Positions 1 to 14,622 of a DNA stretch of 63,531 nucleotides are shown here, in pieces (the first letter of the stretch is position 1; each line of letters begins with the position of its first letter). The notes under the pieces are model-generated. The model ran no database searches. It saw only the letters and a list, made by a program, of their open reading frames with translations, and had not been told where the DNA came from. The DNA is from Guillardia theta CCMP2712 (lineage: Eukaryota > Protista > Cryptophyta), in NCBI RefSeq assembly GCF_000315625.1, contig NW_005434621.1, forward strand, positions 392,246 to 455,776, given 5' to 3'. Position numbers and translations under genes: made by a program.

Positions 1-205
1 TGAGGTGGGGAGACCAGGTTGCATCGCCCTCATTACCCCTTCAATATGGACGTTGCGCGGGGGATTGGGGATGGCGGAAACGAGAGGAGTTGGCGAGGAG
101 GAGGAGGAGGAGAAGGAGGAGAAGGGAATGTGAGGAGAGGAGAAGGCCTCAGGTCGCTTCTCAAGCATGGACTGAATCATCTATCATCTCGATCACGCTA
201 AGGTG

Positions 206-3200
206 ATGATAAGGAACGCAGCTTTGCATTGGTTTGCCGTGCTGGCACTGTTTTGTCACCTGCCTCACAATCCTGTACATGCATCTGAAGGCTACTCTCT
301 CTCAATTTTAGGTCAGAACGTCTGTGCTGGCTCCACCTTGTACGTACAATACACAGCACCTGTCGGCCATGCACCGAACAACATCATCGTTATGTATCTG
401 AGGGATGGGAATCAAAATTTTGTGTTGACCGGGAGCAATCCGGTCCCATGGAATGCCACAGGTATTTTGGCGGTGGAAACGTACGAGTCGTACGTGAATA
501 ATCTTGTCGTCTTTCGTTACTTTCAAAACTTAACCAGCGTCGATCACGATCATCGTCCTCTCGCGGAAACGCAGACCGAGAACCTTGGTAGCCCGTCCGA
601 TCCCTGCGGGGTCTGCGGGGGAGACGGCAGCACCTGTCGCGGATGTGATGGGATTATCAACAGTGGGAAGCAAGTTGACAAGTGTGGGGTGTGCGGGGGG
701 CAGGATGAGTGTGTGGATTGCCGCGGTGTGCCGTATGGTATGTACAGAACTGACCGTTGCGGACGTTGCGGCGAACCCAGGTACACCTGCTCCGAAGGTC
801 CTAGGAGAGGCTTCCCATGCCATAATGGCGAAGACTGTGGTGGCAAACCGTGCACCACCGATCTTCCCTTCGAGGGGTGGAATCTTTGTGTTGATTGCGG
901 TGGAACGCTGAACGGGAGCCTGACGAGGGACTCGTGCGGTGTGTGTGGAGGGTCAGACGAGAGCTGTATACGAGGATATGTCATCCTCCCTCCCCTCTAT
1001 GACGTTTGTGCTGATAGCCCTCTACTTGTCGACTGGTTGTCACCAGCCGACAGGGCGAAAACTTCGATTCTCGGGTTCGCAATGATTCGTAGCGATGGCT
1101 CGACAGGGCCTCTGCAAGGCTGGGCATTCATGGATCCATCTCAAGCAGGGAGCTCGTCGCCCTACCTCTTCCAAGCGCTACAATCTCCATCTACCTTGCT
1201 GGGGAGCAGCATGCTGTTCCGTAACCAGTCTGATACCAGCGGGTCGATGCTCTTCAATAGGTCCAGCTCGCAGCAGCAGATTTCGAGCTGCATCCCCGGA
1301 AGTTCGGATCAAGATTCGCGATGCCTGAGCTCGCTGGAATTCTTCAGGCCCATGCGGCCAGGGAAATATAGAATGCAAATATTCAGCTCGTCAATGAGCC
1401 CCCAGCGTATTGCTCAAAGCGCTGTCTTCGAAGTGCTTCAGAGACCTGACGAGTGTGGAGTATGTGGAGGGGACGGGGCGAGTTGTCGGGGTTGTGATGG
1501 ACTCATCAACAGTGGGGTTGAATTCGACCAGTGCAATGTGTGCGGGGGGAACAACGCATGTCTTGGATGCGATGGGATCCCTTTTAGTGAACAGGTGGTT
1601 GACATTTGTGGAGAGTGTGGTGGGATGAACGTCTCTTGTACGGGCTGTGATGGTGTAGCGAGATCTGATGGGGGCTTGAAGTACGATTCATGCGGAAATT
1701 GTGGAGGAGAAGACGATTCATGCGCTTTGCCGCCCAAGGTCGGGCTGCTCCCCTACCCAGCTGATTTCGCATGCGGGAACAAAATTGCTTTTTGGTGGAC
1801 AGCACCGTCGAACAAGAGTTCTTCAGACTTTATTGCCCTATGTGAAGGTGGCACACCTCTCCAATACACTCCAGGAGCATGTCTACCTGTCCTTCTGAAC
1901 ATCTCAGGAAGTTATGGTGAAGCCAAAGTCGACCTGCAGTTGTCCCCAAGCACGTATGACTTGCGTTACCTGCAGCACCAGCCTATAACTTCGGACGGGA
2001 ATCACATCCCTTTCGTGGTCAAGTCCTCATTCTCCTTCCTGCTGAAATCTGCGTCAGATCAATCATGCTTGTCTTTGGAAGCTAGAGTGAAAACTGGACA
2101 TCAGGTGTACTGTGCAGGCCAAGAACTGCTGGTCGACTGGACTCTCCCTAACGTCCTCTCGAATCAGTACGTGCAAGGTGCAGTTCTCGGGATTTCAAGT
2201 GAGGAATCGGAGGATCTACCTTGCACATCTCCTTGCTACGAGCAAGTGTCGGGATGCACCATGTGCTATGAAAGAATCTGCGCATTGGGTCAGACTTGTT
2301 CCAACTCAGGTACAGTGGTCGTTCCGGCCACACCCAGTGTCCAGTTCTATGGCTTGTCGACTCCTACACTGGCAGGCAGGTACAGAGCATGCTTCTACAC
2401 TGATCAGACCCTGTTCATGGAGAACTCTCCTCTCGCGTGCTCTGCCCCATTCTGGATCTCCTCGAAAGGACTGGACGTCTGTGGAGTCTGTGCTGGAGAC
2501 GGCCGGTCATGTTTGGGTTGCGATGGCGCTCCTTTCAGTGGAAAGACCTACGATGTCTGCGGAGTTTGTGGTGGAAATGGGAGGAGTTGTCTGGGATGCG
2601 ACGGCATCCCGAACAGCAAGAAAATTGTTGACGCCTGCGGGGTTTGTGGAGGCGACGGCAAGAGCTGCCTGGGATGTGATGGGATTCCATACAGTGACAA
2701 GACTTTCGACTCGTGCGGAATATGTGGAGGTAACGATTCCCACTGCAAAGATCCTTATCAGCTACTTGTACGAGGAACTTGCACTGGAGATGCTGTTGTG
2801 GTGTCCTGGAGGGCACCGTCAAATCACCCTGCTCTATCGCTGAAGGTCAACACTACACTCTTCCCCTGCCTTCTCCGGTGGTATGGTCTTGCTGGCCCTC
2901 TGCCTGGCCAGTCGCCCGACACCTCGCTGTCCTCGTTGAAAGTGGCGCAAGACTTTCCGGCTGGATCTCCAGGATGTGGCGAGCCTTGCACGACGGGTTG
3001 GGCGATCTTTGTTGCGGACACGGACAAGCTGGACCTGTGTGCCGAGCAGAGCTTGAGCTGGACGATCTACTTGGAAGCTGAACGGAGGAGCGCAACCTCT
3101 GTTGTGATGCAGGTGGTGCAGAAGACGAGCATCCGTCAGATAAAGTCGTGCGGAGCTTGTGAGGTTTGGTTCGGGCAGACATGCCCTGTGACGACGACAG

Positions 3201-5751
3201 CAGTACGGATGACTACGACGTCTCGTGCAGCTACGACTTCTCGGCAGTTCACAACCAGCGCTGTGACAAGCACTCCCCTGCCTTCCACCACTCCGATCGA
3301 AACGACTCCGGCGATTCAAACAACTCCCAGTATGAACCTCACGTCGGTGAAAGGATACGTCAAGGTCCATATAGCTGCTGTACACATCGAGATGCACCTG
3401 GAACAGTTCAGCTCAGCCATCAGAGAAGCAGTTGCAAGCCTTGTGGAAGCTGACAGCAACTTCTACCTCCCAAGCTTGCAAGCGACAGTCGATGCTGTGT
3501 GTAACGAGGTTGGCACCTCCTGCGATTGGTTCAATCGGCCAAGCTTGAGGACGATCGAGTCTCACCACGAGAAGTCTTCTGGCCGCATGATCTTGCAGGT
3601 TGGACTTCAGTTTCATCTCTTCTTGTTCGCTGGTGCTCAATTTGTTTCTTGCCAGGCGTCCGAAGATTTGTGCCTAGTTGTCTTCCATCTCATAGTCCCG
3701 TCGGAATACTCCAGCGCTATGGTGAGAGGAGAAGAAATCTGCTGACTTGTATCGTTTCTCTTATCTTTTCTCTCAGAATGTCTTGTTACAGCAACAAGTT
3801 CTTGCCGATCAGATTTCTGTCAGGCTTGTCTCCACGTTAGGAGGGAAAGTGAAGACAGAGATGGCTCCGATGAAAGCGGCTGATTCCGGTGGATCCAATG
3901 CCTTGGCGCTGGCAATTTCTGTCAGCGTTGCCCTTGTTTGCACAGCGTCGATAGTCGCCGTTGTAGTTTACCGATGGCTGGCGACTCGGTCTCCGCTCAA
4001 GGTGAGGAGGAGGAGGAGGAGGAGGAGGAGGTATTTTTCCGCCTGAGATGTTTTGCAGACTGTGAAATCCAAGTTGCGAAGGTTCCACAAGATGGATGAG
4101 GATGAAGGGTTGGAGTTGCCGATCCAGGTGGAGCAGAGTCGGAAGGGAAGCCGCAACCTGATGCCTATCTCTGCAGGTGAAGGTGGAGAAAGGACGCAAC
4201 GGGAATCAGCAGATGGGGAGGGAGAGTGAGGATGGAGTGCCTGTGGAAGACAGTGCTAGCCCTTCGCACGAACGAGGGCACGAGAACGGTCAACGGGAGG
4301 ATTGCGAGGAGGTCGTCTCTGTCGCTCCTAACGGGCAGGGAAGAAAGAGTGAGGAGAAAGCTGATGAGAGCGAGTACCCCGGGCACTCGGATGCGACGGG
4401 CTCCAGCACTCCTCAGACTGTAGAGGTCAGCGGGTCCTCCAAGTCTACGACGACGGATGTCGACAAGACTTCGCAGGAGTCCAGCCTGTCGCCAGACTAC
4501 AACGACCGCATCCTTGCAGAGGACTTCACCCCGAAGCCCCTCCACGTCCCTCGTCGCACTCCCCTCTCCGTCTCCTCCCACATCAGGACTCTGCCCCTGG
4601 GCGAGGACGCGCTGGCAGCGCTGAAGCGGCAGGAAGGGTCAACCCTCGCGTCTGAGGAGGAGCGGGAGCATCTGAAACGAATCGAGAGTCTGTCACTCAA
4701 CGAGTCGATCCGCAAGCCCAAGTACATGATGAGGACCCGGAGCTCCGCTCGGCAGAGGGTTCTGGAGGGATCGACGGTGTCTGTAGAGACTTCGACATGC
4801 CTGAAGGAGTCGGAGAAGACTGTGTGCGAGCAGCAGGGCAACGGGTCGCTTGATGGCATGAAGAAGAATCTCTACAACGTGGCTGTGCAGCCCAACGGAG
4901 TTGTCGATAAGAATGAAGAAGGGAGCGAGGAAAGAGAACGAGGAGAAGGAGAGAGAGGAGGGAGAGGAGATGGCAAAACTGGTGATCGTGTCAAGGAAGA
5001 TTCAGCACCGCGTGCAAATGGACACTGCGAGGAGGTTGAAGGGCTCGATGGCGAGGTGGACAAGGACGAAGAAACGAAGTCAACCATTCAGACGAGCAGC
5101 GACCGTGGCGATGAGAATGCTCCAGTGTGCAATGGAAAGGGAGGAAGAGAGGAAAGTTCTGAGGATGAAGGAGGTGTTAGGCAGGCAGCTGCAGCACCTA
5201 CGGCTGACAACTTGGAAGGGGAGGAAGATGAACGGGAAGGAGACAATGGGCAAGCATGCGAGCTGAAGGAGGAGACTACACGGGGAGCAGGGGACGTTCA
5301 AGGTGGAAAGGATGGAGGGGGAGGGGGAGGGGGAGGGGGAGGAGCGGCAGAGCAGGGCGTTGATCCGTCGGAAGGAGAGCAAGGTGAAGCCCATGGAACG
5401 TCGGGAGCGAGCGGAGGGCCAGAGGGAGGGGACCGCGAAGGTGTTGGGGGGGTGGCTCACACAAAGGCTGAGGACGAAGTTGGAGGAGACCGAGCGGAAG
5501 GGAAAGAGAAGGAGGACAAGGAGGAAGACAAGGAGGAGGAGGCAGAGGATGGGGAAGAGTCAGACCGGAGGAATGCCGACGATGACCAAGTCGTGACGAC
5601 AGAGCGAGGAAGTGAAGAAACGGGACGCAAAGACACCTGCGCAGGAGCAAGTGGAAGAAAAGGAGCAGGAGGAGGAAGAGAAGGGGAAGGAGGAGAAGAA
5701 GAGGATGGAGAGACCCAGCACATTGTCATGTCGCAGGAGGGGACAGGATGA
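206..5751 (+). CDS. Multi-exon type-I transmembrane Cys-rich repeat protein (signal peptide, 12 DxCGxCGG repeats, interleaved beta-sandwich-like modules, Thr-rich stalk, TM, acidic cytoplasmic tail)
   Basis: ORF 203-3745 has a hydrophobic N-terminus (WFAVLALFCHLPHNPVHA-S) and repeated DxCGVCGGDGxSCxGCDG units. It is joined through short GT-AG introns (~3598-3655, ~3722-3776, ~4002-4058, ~4128-4176) to the TM segment ALALAISVSVALVCTASIVAVVVY and to the acidic ORF 4177-5751. Confidence 0.75.
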
Positions 5752-6133
5752 CGACGATTCTCAGCGATCTAGGACGGGTACCTGAACAGAAGACGATGAA
5801 AGTCTGAAATCAACGGCTCCGTTCTTAGTGAGAGGCCGAGATCATGGAACCAGGCTGTAGGCTCCGGCTGACTGACAGGCGCATCTCTGGTCCATTCGAC
5901 TGGCCGTTCATGGTTGAGCCCCGACACGAGCAGACGCTGCGTGCACATCACGACCCCCCTGGTTGCGTTGTGGTGCTGTAGGGTGTCTTGTTACCTGTCT
6001 CCTCCTTCCCACCAGTTCCTTCCTTCGTGTAATCTGTAATCTTTGTTCATATTCATGTTCAACTCTCTAACTTCCCTTGTCACTCTCGTTGCGCTCTTAA
6101 GTAAATTCTCCTATTGATCCTGGACTGGATGAC

Positions 6134-9100
6134 ATGGCACTGGACAGTCCAGAAACATCCATCGCAGCAGCCGCTGATTTCACACCTCAGCCCGACTATG
6201 CGGTCCTTGCTCGACCCGTCTCAACTCTCACCTCTCCGTCATTCAGCTTTCATTCTCTACTAATGTACAAGTCTCCAGCGCTGTTAACTCTCCCCAGCTC
6301 TCCTCCTCCTCGACCCCGCTACGTCCTCCTGCTAATCTACAAACTGCGAAGCTGTCAAGGAGGTCAACTGCCCAGCTCACTCTGACCTTGCTCGACACGG
6401 TGTCAACGAGGACATCCAGGACTTGATGCTGACCAGCTGGGAGTCAGGTGGAGGGTTGCTGGGGGGCGGGGACTGAACTCACCACTTCCTCCTCGATCCC
6501 TCGGATGTGGAGGTGCGAGCAAGAGTCCTGCTGCTGCGTCAGGCTGTGCGGAGCGACGAGCCGGCTGACCTCTTCCAGAGCCTGTCGAGGGCCATTTGGA
6601 CAAGTCTGAAGTCGGACCTTAGGAGACAAGTCAGGAGGGAGGAGGAGGAGGAGGAGGAGGATTGGAACCGAGTCTTCTTCCTGCCGCTCCTCTACCTTCT
6701 CCTGCTCGTATGCTCCTGGGTGTCTACGCAGCAGATTGAAGGCTCGAGAAGAAAGCTCGCTGCAAGAAGAGCTCGGTCGAAACAAACGGAGGAGAGGAGG
6801 AGGAGGAGGAGGAGGAGGAGGAGGAGGAGGAGGAGGAGGAGGAGGAGGAGGAGGAGGAGGAGGAGGAGGAGAGCCCAAACACAGAAGGAGCAGCAGGAAC
6901 AAGAGGATAACTTCAGCTGGAGGAGCAGGAGGGACGGTACGAGGTAGCGCATGTTTGCTGTCCCACCTTGTGACTTTTGGAATCGACCGGATGCCCTTCT
7001 GTGTGTATGTGAAACTTCGCGTCCCCACCTTGACGATGGTGCCGGCGACAGTGGCATCCTCTGAGCCCCTGCCCTCAGCCTTTCACCTCTTACATTGTAC
7101 TGGAATCGAGAGAAACGAGACCTTGACCCGTGGGGGTCGGGCAGTACAACGTCCACCACTCGGTCCGCCCATCGGTGAAGCATCCTTCCTGCCTGAAGGC
7201 AAAGAGCACGATAAGGTGCTGGAGGAGGAGAGAGAAAGGAGGAGGAGGAGGGAGAGGGAGAGGACAGGGATGAGCAAGGAAAGAGAAGAAGTGAGCAGGA
7301 GGAGAGAGGAAGAAGCACCTTGAACGAGGATACGATGATCCCATCCCTTCCCACCTGAGCAGCACGCAAGCTCAGCATCCCACAACCCGCACGCTCACTG
7401 AGCCTGAAGGAGAAGATTTGCGGAGAAGACGAAGACAGGCAAGGCGTCCTTGCTGTCTATCGATGGCTGAAGGAAACGTATCAGCTGCCATAGTGCGAGG
7501 AACGGTGAAGATACTTGGCTTCCAACCTCCCGAAGCTGCCTCAGGTGGTCGGTACTCAAGACGCTCTGGCGGGGCTCATCAGGGATGAGAGGAGATCTCG
7601 TAAGATTACATTGACGGACTGTCGAGCATTCTCAAGGTTCAAGACGACCGCTGTCGGAGCCCCTCGGACGCCCTGAGACAGTTGTGCTAGGAGCCTGAGA
7701 TGGTGAAACACTGAGTGTGAGAACGGGAGGGGAAAAGACAAGGAAGGAGGAAGAGAAGGGCAGGAAAAGAGCGGACCAACGGAGAGAAAACAAGTGAGGA
7801 GGAAGAGCAGGAGGCAAAGGAGAAGGAGGGGGAGAAGTAGAATACTTCTTCAAGTGCGTTGGTGAGCACCATATGAAGACGACCGTCGAGCGAGTCAGCT
7901 GCAAGCTCGCGTTGGCAAACGCCTGATCAAAGGCCGATCACGCCCTTGCCATCACCGCGACGAGTCACCTTGGAAGTTTGAAAGACATACACAGACACTC
8001 CTCCGATGCTTGTCACCGTCAAGTAGGAGCCGGTCGCTACCATCCTGCAGGAGGAGATTCAGAGTGGCAGGAGATCTCACGTGCAGGTCTGACTTGAAGG
8101 ACGAGACTGTGAAGGTCAAGGACCTGGCACCCAAGGCTCAACGAGAGGAAAAGCGTCACAGGGAGCACCTCAGCACGTACTGCCAGATCGCCATCGAGAC
8201 GGAGTAGGAGTGAAGGTACGCGTTCTCGACGAGGAGAGATGAAACTGCCAGCACAAGTCACCACGACTGCACCCCACCCCCCCCCACACACCCTCTAACA
8301 AAATTCTCACTCACCTCGCAGAACCGCCTTGCTCGTCGTCAGGGCATAACGCGCCATGGACCTGCACATCGGATCTCTGCGGCTGTCCGCAGACATCAGA
8401 GTCGTCACCTCAGGGCCCGCGGGATCGTCTTAGTGATGTGATGCTGCAGGTGGCTGGAATGACGTCATGACATCGGTACCCCAACATGGGCCTCACCGCA
8501 AGAGAAACTTTGAAGATCGGATCACAAACTTCACAAAAATCTTGCCCAATCTGCAAGGAGTCTTCAAACACTCTGTCTCTCTTTGTCCCTCTGTGTGGTG
8601 CATACTGTCTGCCGACGCGGAGGACAACCAAGCACTGCCTGTAAGCAGTTTGCACAGCCTTGGAAGAAAGTCTGTACCCTGACTACTCGCCGTGACAACA
8701 TCACTGCGATGAAACAAGCCTTGTGTCATTCTCAATCACTCACCTGTACAAATGACTTCGACGCCCGCACTCCGGATCTCAAGGCTCTGCCCCTGAAAAT
8801 CTTTCAACGACAGCCGACAAGTCACGACAGTCTTCACCCTCGTCTCGCACTCTTAGCGATGCCTCTGCATAGACTTCAGAAACCCTCATCGCAGGTGACA
8901 AGGAAGGACCTGCTGATGGGTCTTGCATACCTCTCCCATGCTCCTCTCACGCGCCCACGTGCTGCTGAAGTGAGTTCTCCTGTTCGTTGAAGGCTGTAGT
9001 GGGCAACTTGTCCTAGAGGATGGTGATCTCTTGCAATCACGTCGAAAAGCGCTCACCGCTCTTGACGATGGCAACGGCTCCGAGGACAACAGGGAACGGA

Positions 9101-9450
9101 ACTCCGCCGGTCACGAGCAAATCGCTGTGGAGAGGAAAACTTCACTTGCACATCCAAGAGGAAACAATCGTACGAGCTTGAGAGGTTTCGATACGAATCC
9201 ACGAAATCGTCCGTTGTCTCTAGGAGCCTCTGTTGACGGCAAATCAACCCAGCACCACAAGCTCTCCTGAAGTTGCTCACATACAACCATGTCGACAGCA
9301 CCGATCGTCTGAAATCATCTTCCCTCAGATTGTAATCGCTTCCATAAGTCAGGGTTACCTTGCGGTAGCTCTATCGCTATCTTCATTCATTGGCGCGATA
9401 TCTGCAGAATTGCTTGAGCAAAGGCAGGTCCTGTTTGAATTTCTATTCGG
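6134..9450 (+). CDS. Possible multi-exon hypothetical gene(s); structure unresolved
   Basis: Short coding-like segments separated by apparent splice signals (e.g. 7545 gtggtc, 8082-8205 SDLKDETVKVKDLAPKAQREEKRH). No recognisable domain. Confidence 0.25.
6796..6870 (+). repeat. (GGA/GAG)n microsatellite
   Basis: Direct trinucleotide run. Confidence 0.95.
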
Positions 9451-9729
9451 AGATTACAACTTCTCCCTCCTTTCTCCTCTCTCCTATCTACTCCTCCTTT
9501 TCTCTTCCTAACTCCCCTCTAATATCCTCTCCTGTACATCTCTATTGCCTTCCTCTCTTCTTCAGCCTCCTTCTCGCTCCTCGTGTCTCCTTCCCTCCCT
9601 TCCCTCTCCTTTTTTCTTCTTTCTCTCCCTCCCCTCTCCCTCCCCTCTCCTCCCTCCTCCTTTTCTCTCCTTCTCTCCCTCTCTCCTCTTGCCTCCTCAC
9701 TCTCATCATCTCTCTCCTCCATCTTCCTC

Positions 9730-9865
9730 TCATCATCATCATCATCACCATCACCATCACCATCACCATCACCATCACCATCACCATCACCATCACCATC
9801 ACCATCACCATCACCATCACCATCACCATCACCATCACCATCACCATCACCATCACCATCATCAT
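9730..9865 (+). repeat. (CAT)n/(CATCAC)n microsatellite
   Basis: Perfect hexamer run inside a CT-rich tract. Confidence 0.95.
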
Positions 9866-10628
9866 ATCTCTCTCCCTCCTCTCTCTCCTTCACTACTTTC
9901 TGCTTCAACTCCCTTCACGCGTTCCAGCGGCCATGTCGCCCGATAGAACAAACCCGCGCGAATGAGGGGGATGAATTGCGGGTATGCTGGGGATGTGGGC
10001 CACAGATGTGTTGAGGGAAGCTGTATATGAGGGGGATGAATCTGTCTCTTCGTCGTGTCCAGCGGCGTCTCAATGGTCAGTACCCCAGTCCCAACGATGA
10101 GTCAGAGGAGGGAGAGCGAGCAAGAGCAAGAGCAAGAGAGAAGGAGGAAGGAAGGAGGGAGGATGGGGGTGAGACATAACGTGGGGAAGGTAGAGGAAGG
10201 GGAATTGGAGGGAGACGGTGGGATCTCAAACTGAGAATGGTCCGTGTGGTTGACAAGGATCGAAGGATTCGTAGGGCTATGGAATGAGTGGTGAAGTGAT
10301 TGAAGCCGAATAGTGAGTAGATGAAAAATGAGGCTATGTCGATGCGTTGTTGAGGAATAGTTGAGATGTTTTCCTGCTGCTCGTGGAAAACAGGTGTCAC
10401 GGTAAACTATACGCACGTTGAGAGGGGCAGTGAGACAGGAGAAAGATTTGCTATCAGTTGATGGCAGTAGCTCTTCGTTCACGCTGCTTACTCGTTCATT
10501 AGGTTCTCCAAGATTACGGCGCTGCTATGCCGGCGAATTCTGCCGCGTCGAATTCCCAAGATCAGGTGCTGAGAGGCACAGGAGCAGAAGAAGCGATGAA
10601 TTGACGGGGTGGGCAGGCCAAGTTCTCC

Positions 10629-12100
10629 ATGCGAAGAACGTGGGCTGTGGTCTTGTCGGTCTCTGCGATGGTCGTCCTGGCCGTGGCGCTTCAGAGCAAG
10701 GGAGCAGGCTCGGGGCTGCTGCAGCAGAGCCTGTAAGTCCTTGCAAGATGTGAACTTTCACCGTCCTCACTGGGCCTGTAGCTCTCAGAACCTGATGTCT
10801 CAGTTCTCTCGGGACTCAGGCGATGCGACGCAGTCGCTGTCAAGCTCGAACTGGTCAGCTGCTGGCGACACGACCACCCCCGGCTGACGTGACTGGTCTA
10901 GGTATGGCCATTGGGGGAGCCATGACAACCTCTTCAAGCAGTCGCATGAGAAGAACGCTGCCAACAAGTGGACTACTCAGCTCCAGGTAACGTGACAGCC
11001 GACCTCTCGTTCGAGCTCAAAAGCGCGCAGAAAATGGAGGCTGCGCAGGAGGAGCGCAGGAAACGCGAAGACAAGGAGTTCTTCGCGGGAGTGGAGAAGG
11101 CGTTCGGCAAGAAGACTGCGGCTGGTATGATGGCTGCCTTCAACGGAAAGACACGTGAGGACACGACACGCTCTTTCTGTCGAGCGGCCGCTGACGTATC
11201 CCAAGGGAACGGCCTCGCACACATCAAGCTGAACGAGCACAAGTTGAACCAGCGCAAGCAGAAGATCGTCGAGAACAACCAGCTGCCCAACGTTGCTCAG
11301 AAGGTGCAGGCCCATAAGAAGGTTGCTTCTCCTGCCCTTGCTGCCTCTCCCTGACTGTCCTGCGTTTGGTGAAGGTTGTTGAGAAGGCTGAGGAGGCAAA
11401 GCCCGAGGCTCATGCTCAGCACAACTCAGCAGCTGTCAAGGATGCCTTGAAGGTGCTGGATGGTTCCGGGACAGCATGATCGGGTGATGGGGATGCAGGT
11501 TGCCAAGAAGATGGCAGACCACACGGCGTCCTCTCACGTCAAGGTTACCCCTGCCAAGACCGTCAAGCCCGAGAGCTCGTCGGCGAACGAGGACGTGAAG
11601 TCATCAGCAGTGAAGGAGGCGCTCAAGGTACTGAGAAGGGCTTCTTGATGCGTGGGTGACCGATCGCAGGTCGCCAAGAAGATGGCCGAGCACAAGGATC
11701 CCGTTGCCAAGACTTCTGCTCCCAAGGAGGAAGTCAAGAAGGCGAAGAAGGAGGATCTCAAGCATCCGGTGATGCTTGTTGGTGGGGGCGACTTGTGCTC
11801 AAGGAAAGTGATGTAGGGCCTCATCGCCGACACTCAGAAGATCAAGGAGCTCGTGCATGAGTTCAAGCATGCGCATGGAGCCAAGAAGAAGGAGATCAAG
11901 GCGAGAGTGATGTCCCTTCAGCAGAGCATCACCAGCGACTTCGCCAAGGTCCAGCCAGCAGTTGCTCTTGTGTCTGTTGACGCGGTTGGTGTCAGGTGAC
12001 TGCATTCGGTCACAACGCTCAGACCGAGTTCGCCCGTGAGGAGGCGAAGGAACATGGGCAGAAGAAGGCGAACTCGGGCCATCACTTCAGCTGGCACTAA
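10629..12100 (+). CDS. Multi-exon secreted or signal-anchored Lys/Ala/Glu-rich repeat protein
   Basis: ATG 10629 gives MRRTWAVVLSVSAMVVLAVALQSKG (signal peptide or anchor), followed by a gtaagt donor at 10733. Later exons encode WYGHWGSHDNLFKQ, DLSFELKSAQKMEAAQEE and repeated VAKKMA...AVKxALK units. The protein ends KKANSGHHFSWH* at 12100. Confidence 0.7.
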
Positions 12101-12155
12101 GAGCTAACCTCTCCTTAAACTTCATTCCTCTTGAACCGCTACACTGTGCCCCTCC

Positions 12156-14398
<2,243 letters not shown>

Positions 14399-14622
14399 TA
14401 TTGGTGCCCCACCACGCCTCCCCCACCCACCCTTTTCACTCCAATTTTGAATTCTTGAATATTTTCAACTCATGTAACTTTCCGAACTTTTCGAAAAACT
14501 TTCGAAACTTTTTCAATCCGACTGAGCGGCTCACTGGCACCTGGGCGATCCGGGAGTTCAAGAGTGGGACTTGATACAAATCTTCTCAGCTTCCTCCCTT
14601 GCAAGACTCAGTACGACGTACA

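Noticed and set aside
6444-7385. Poly-R/P/G/L ORFs in several frames
   Set aside because: Artefacts of a (GGA)n run; no frame can be supported as the real product.
9519-10014. Poly-His, poly-SP, poly-IT and poly-DG ORFs
   Set aside because: All are translations of one (CATCAC)n microsatellite in a low-complexity tract.
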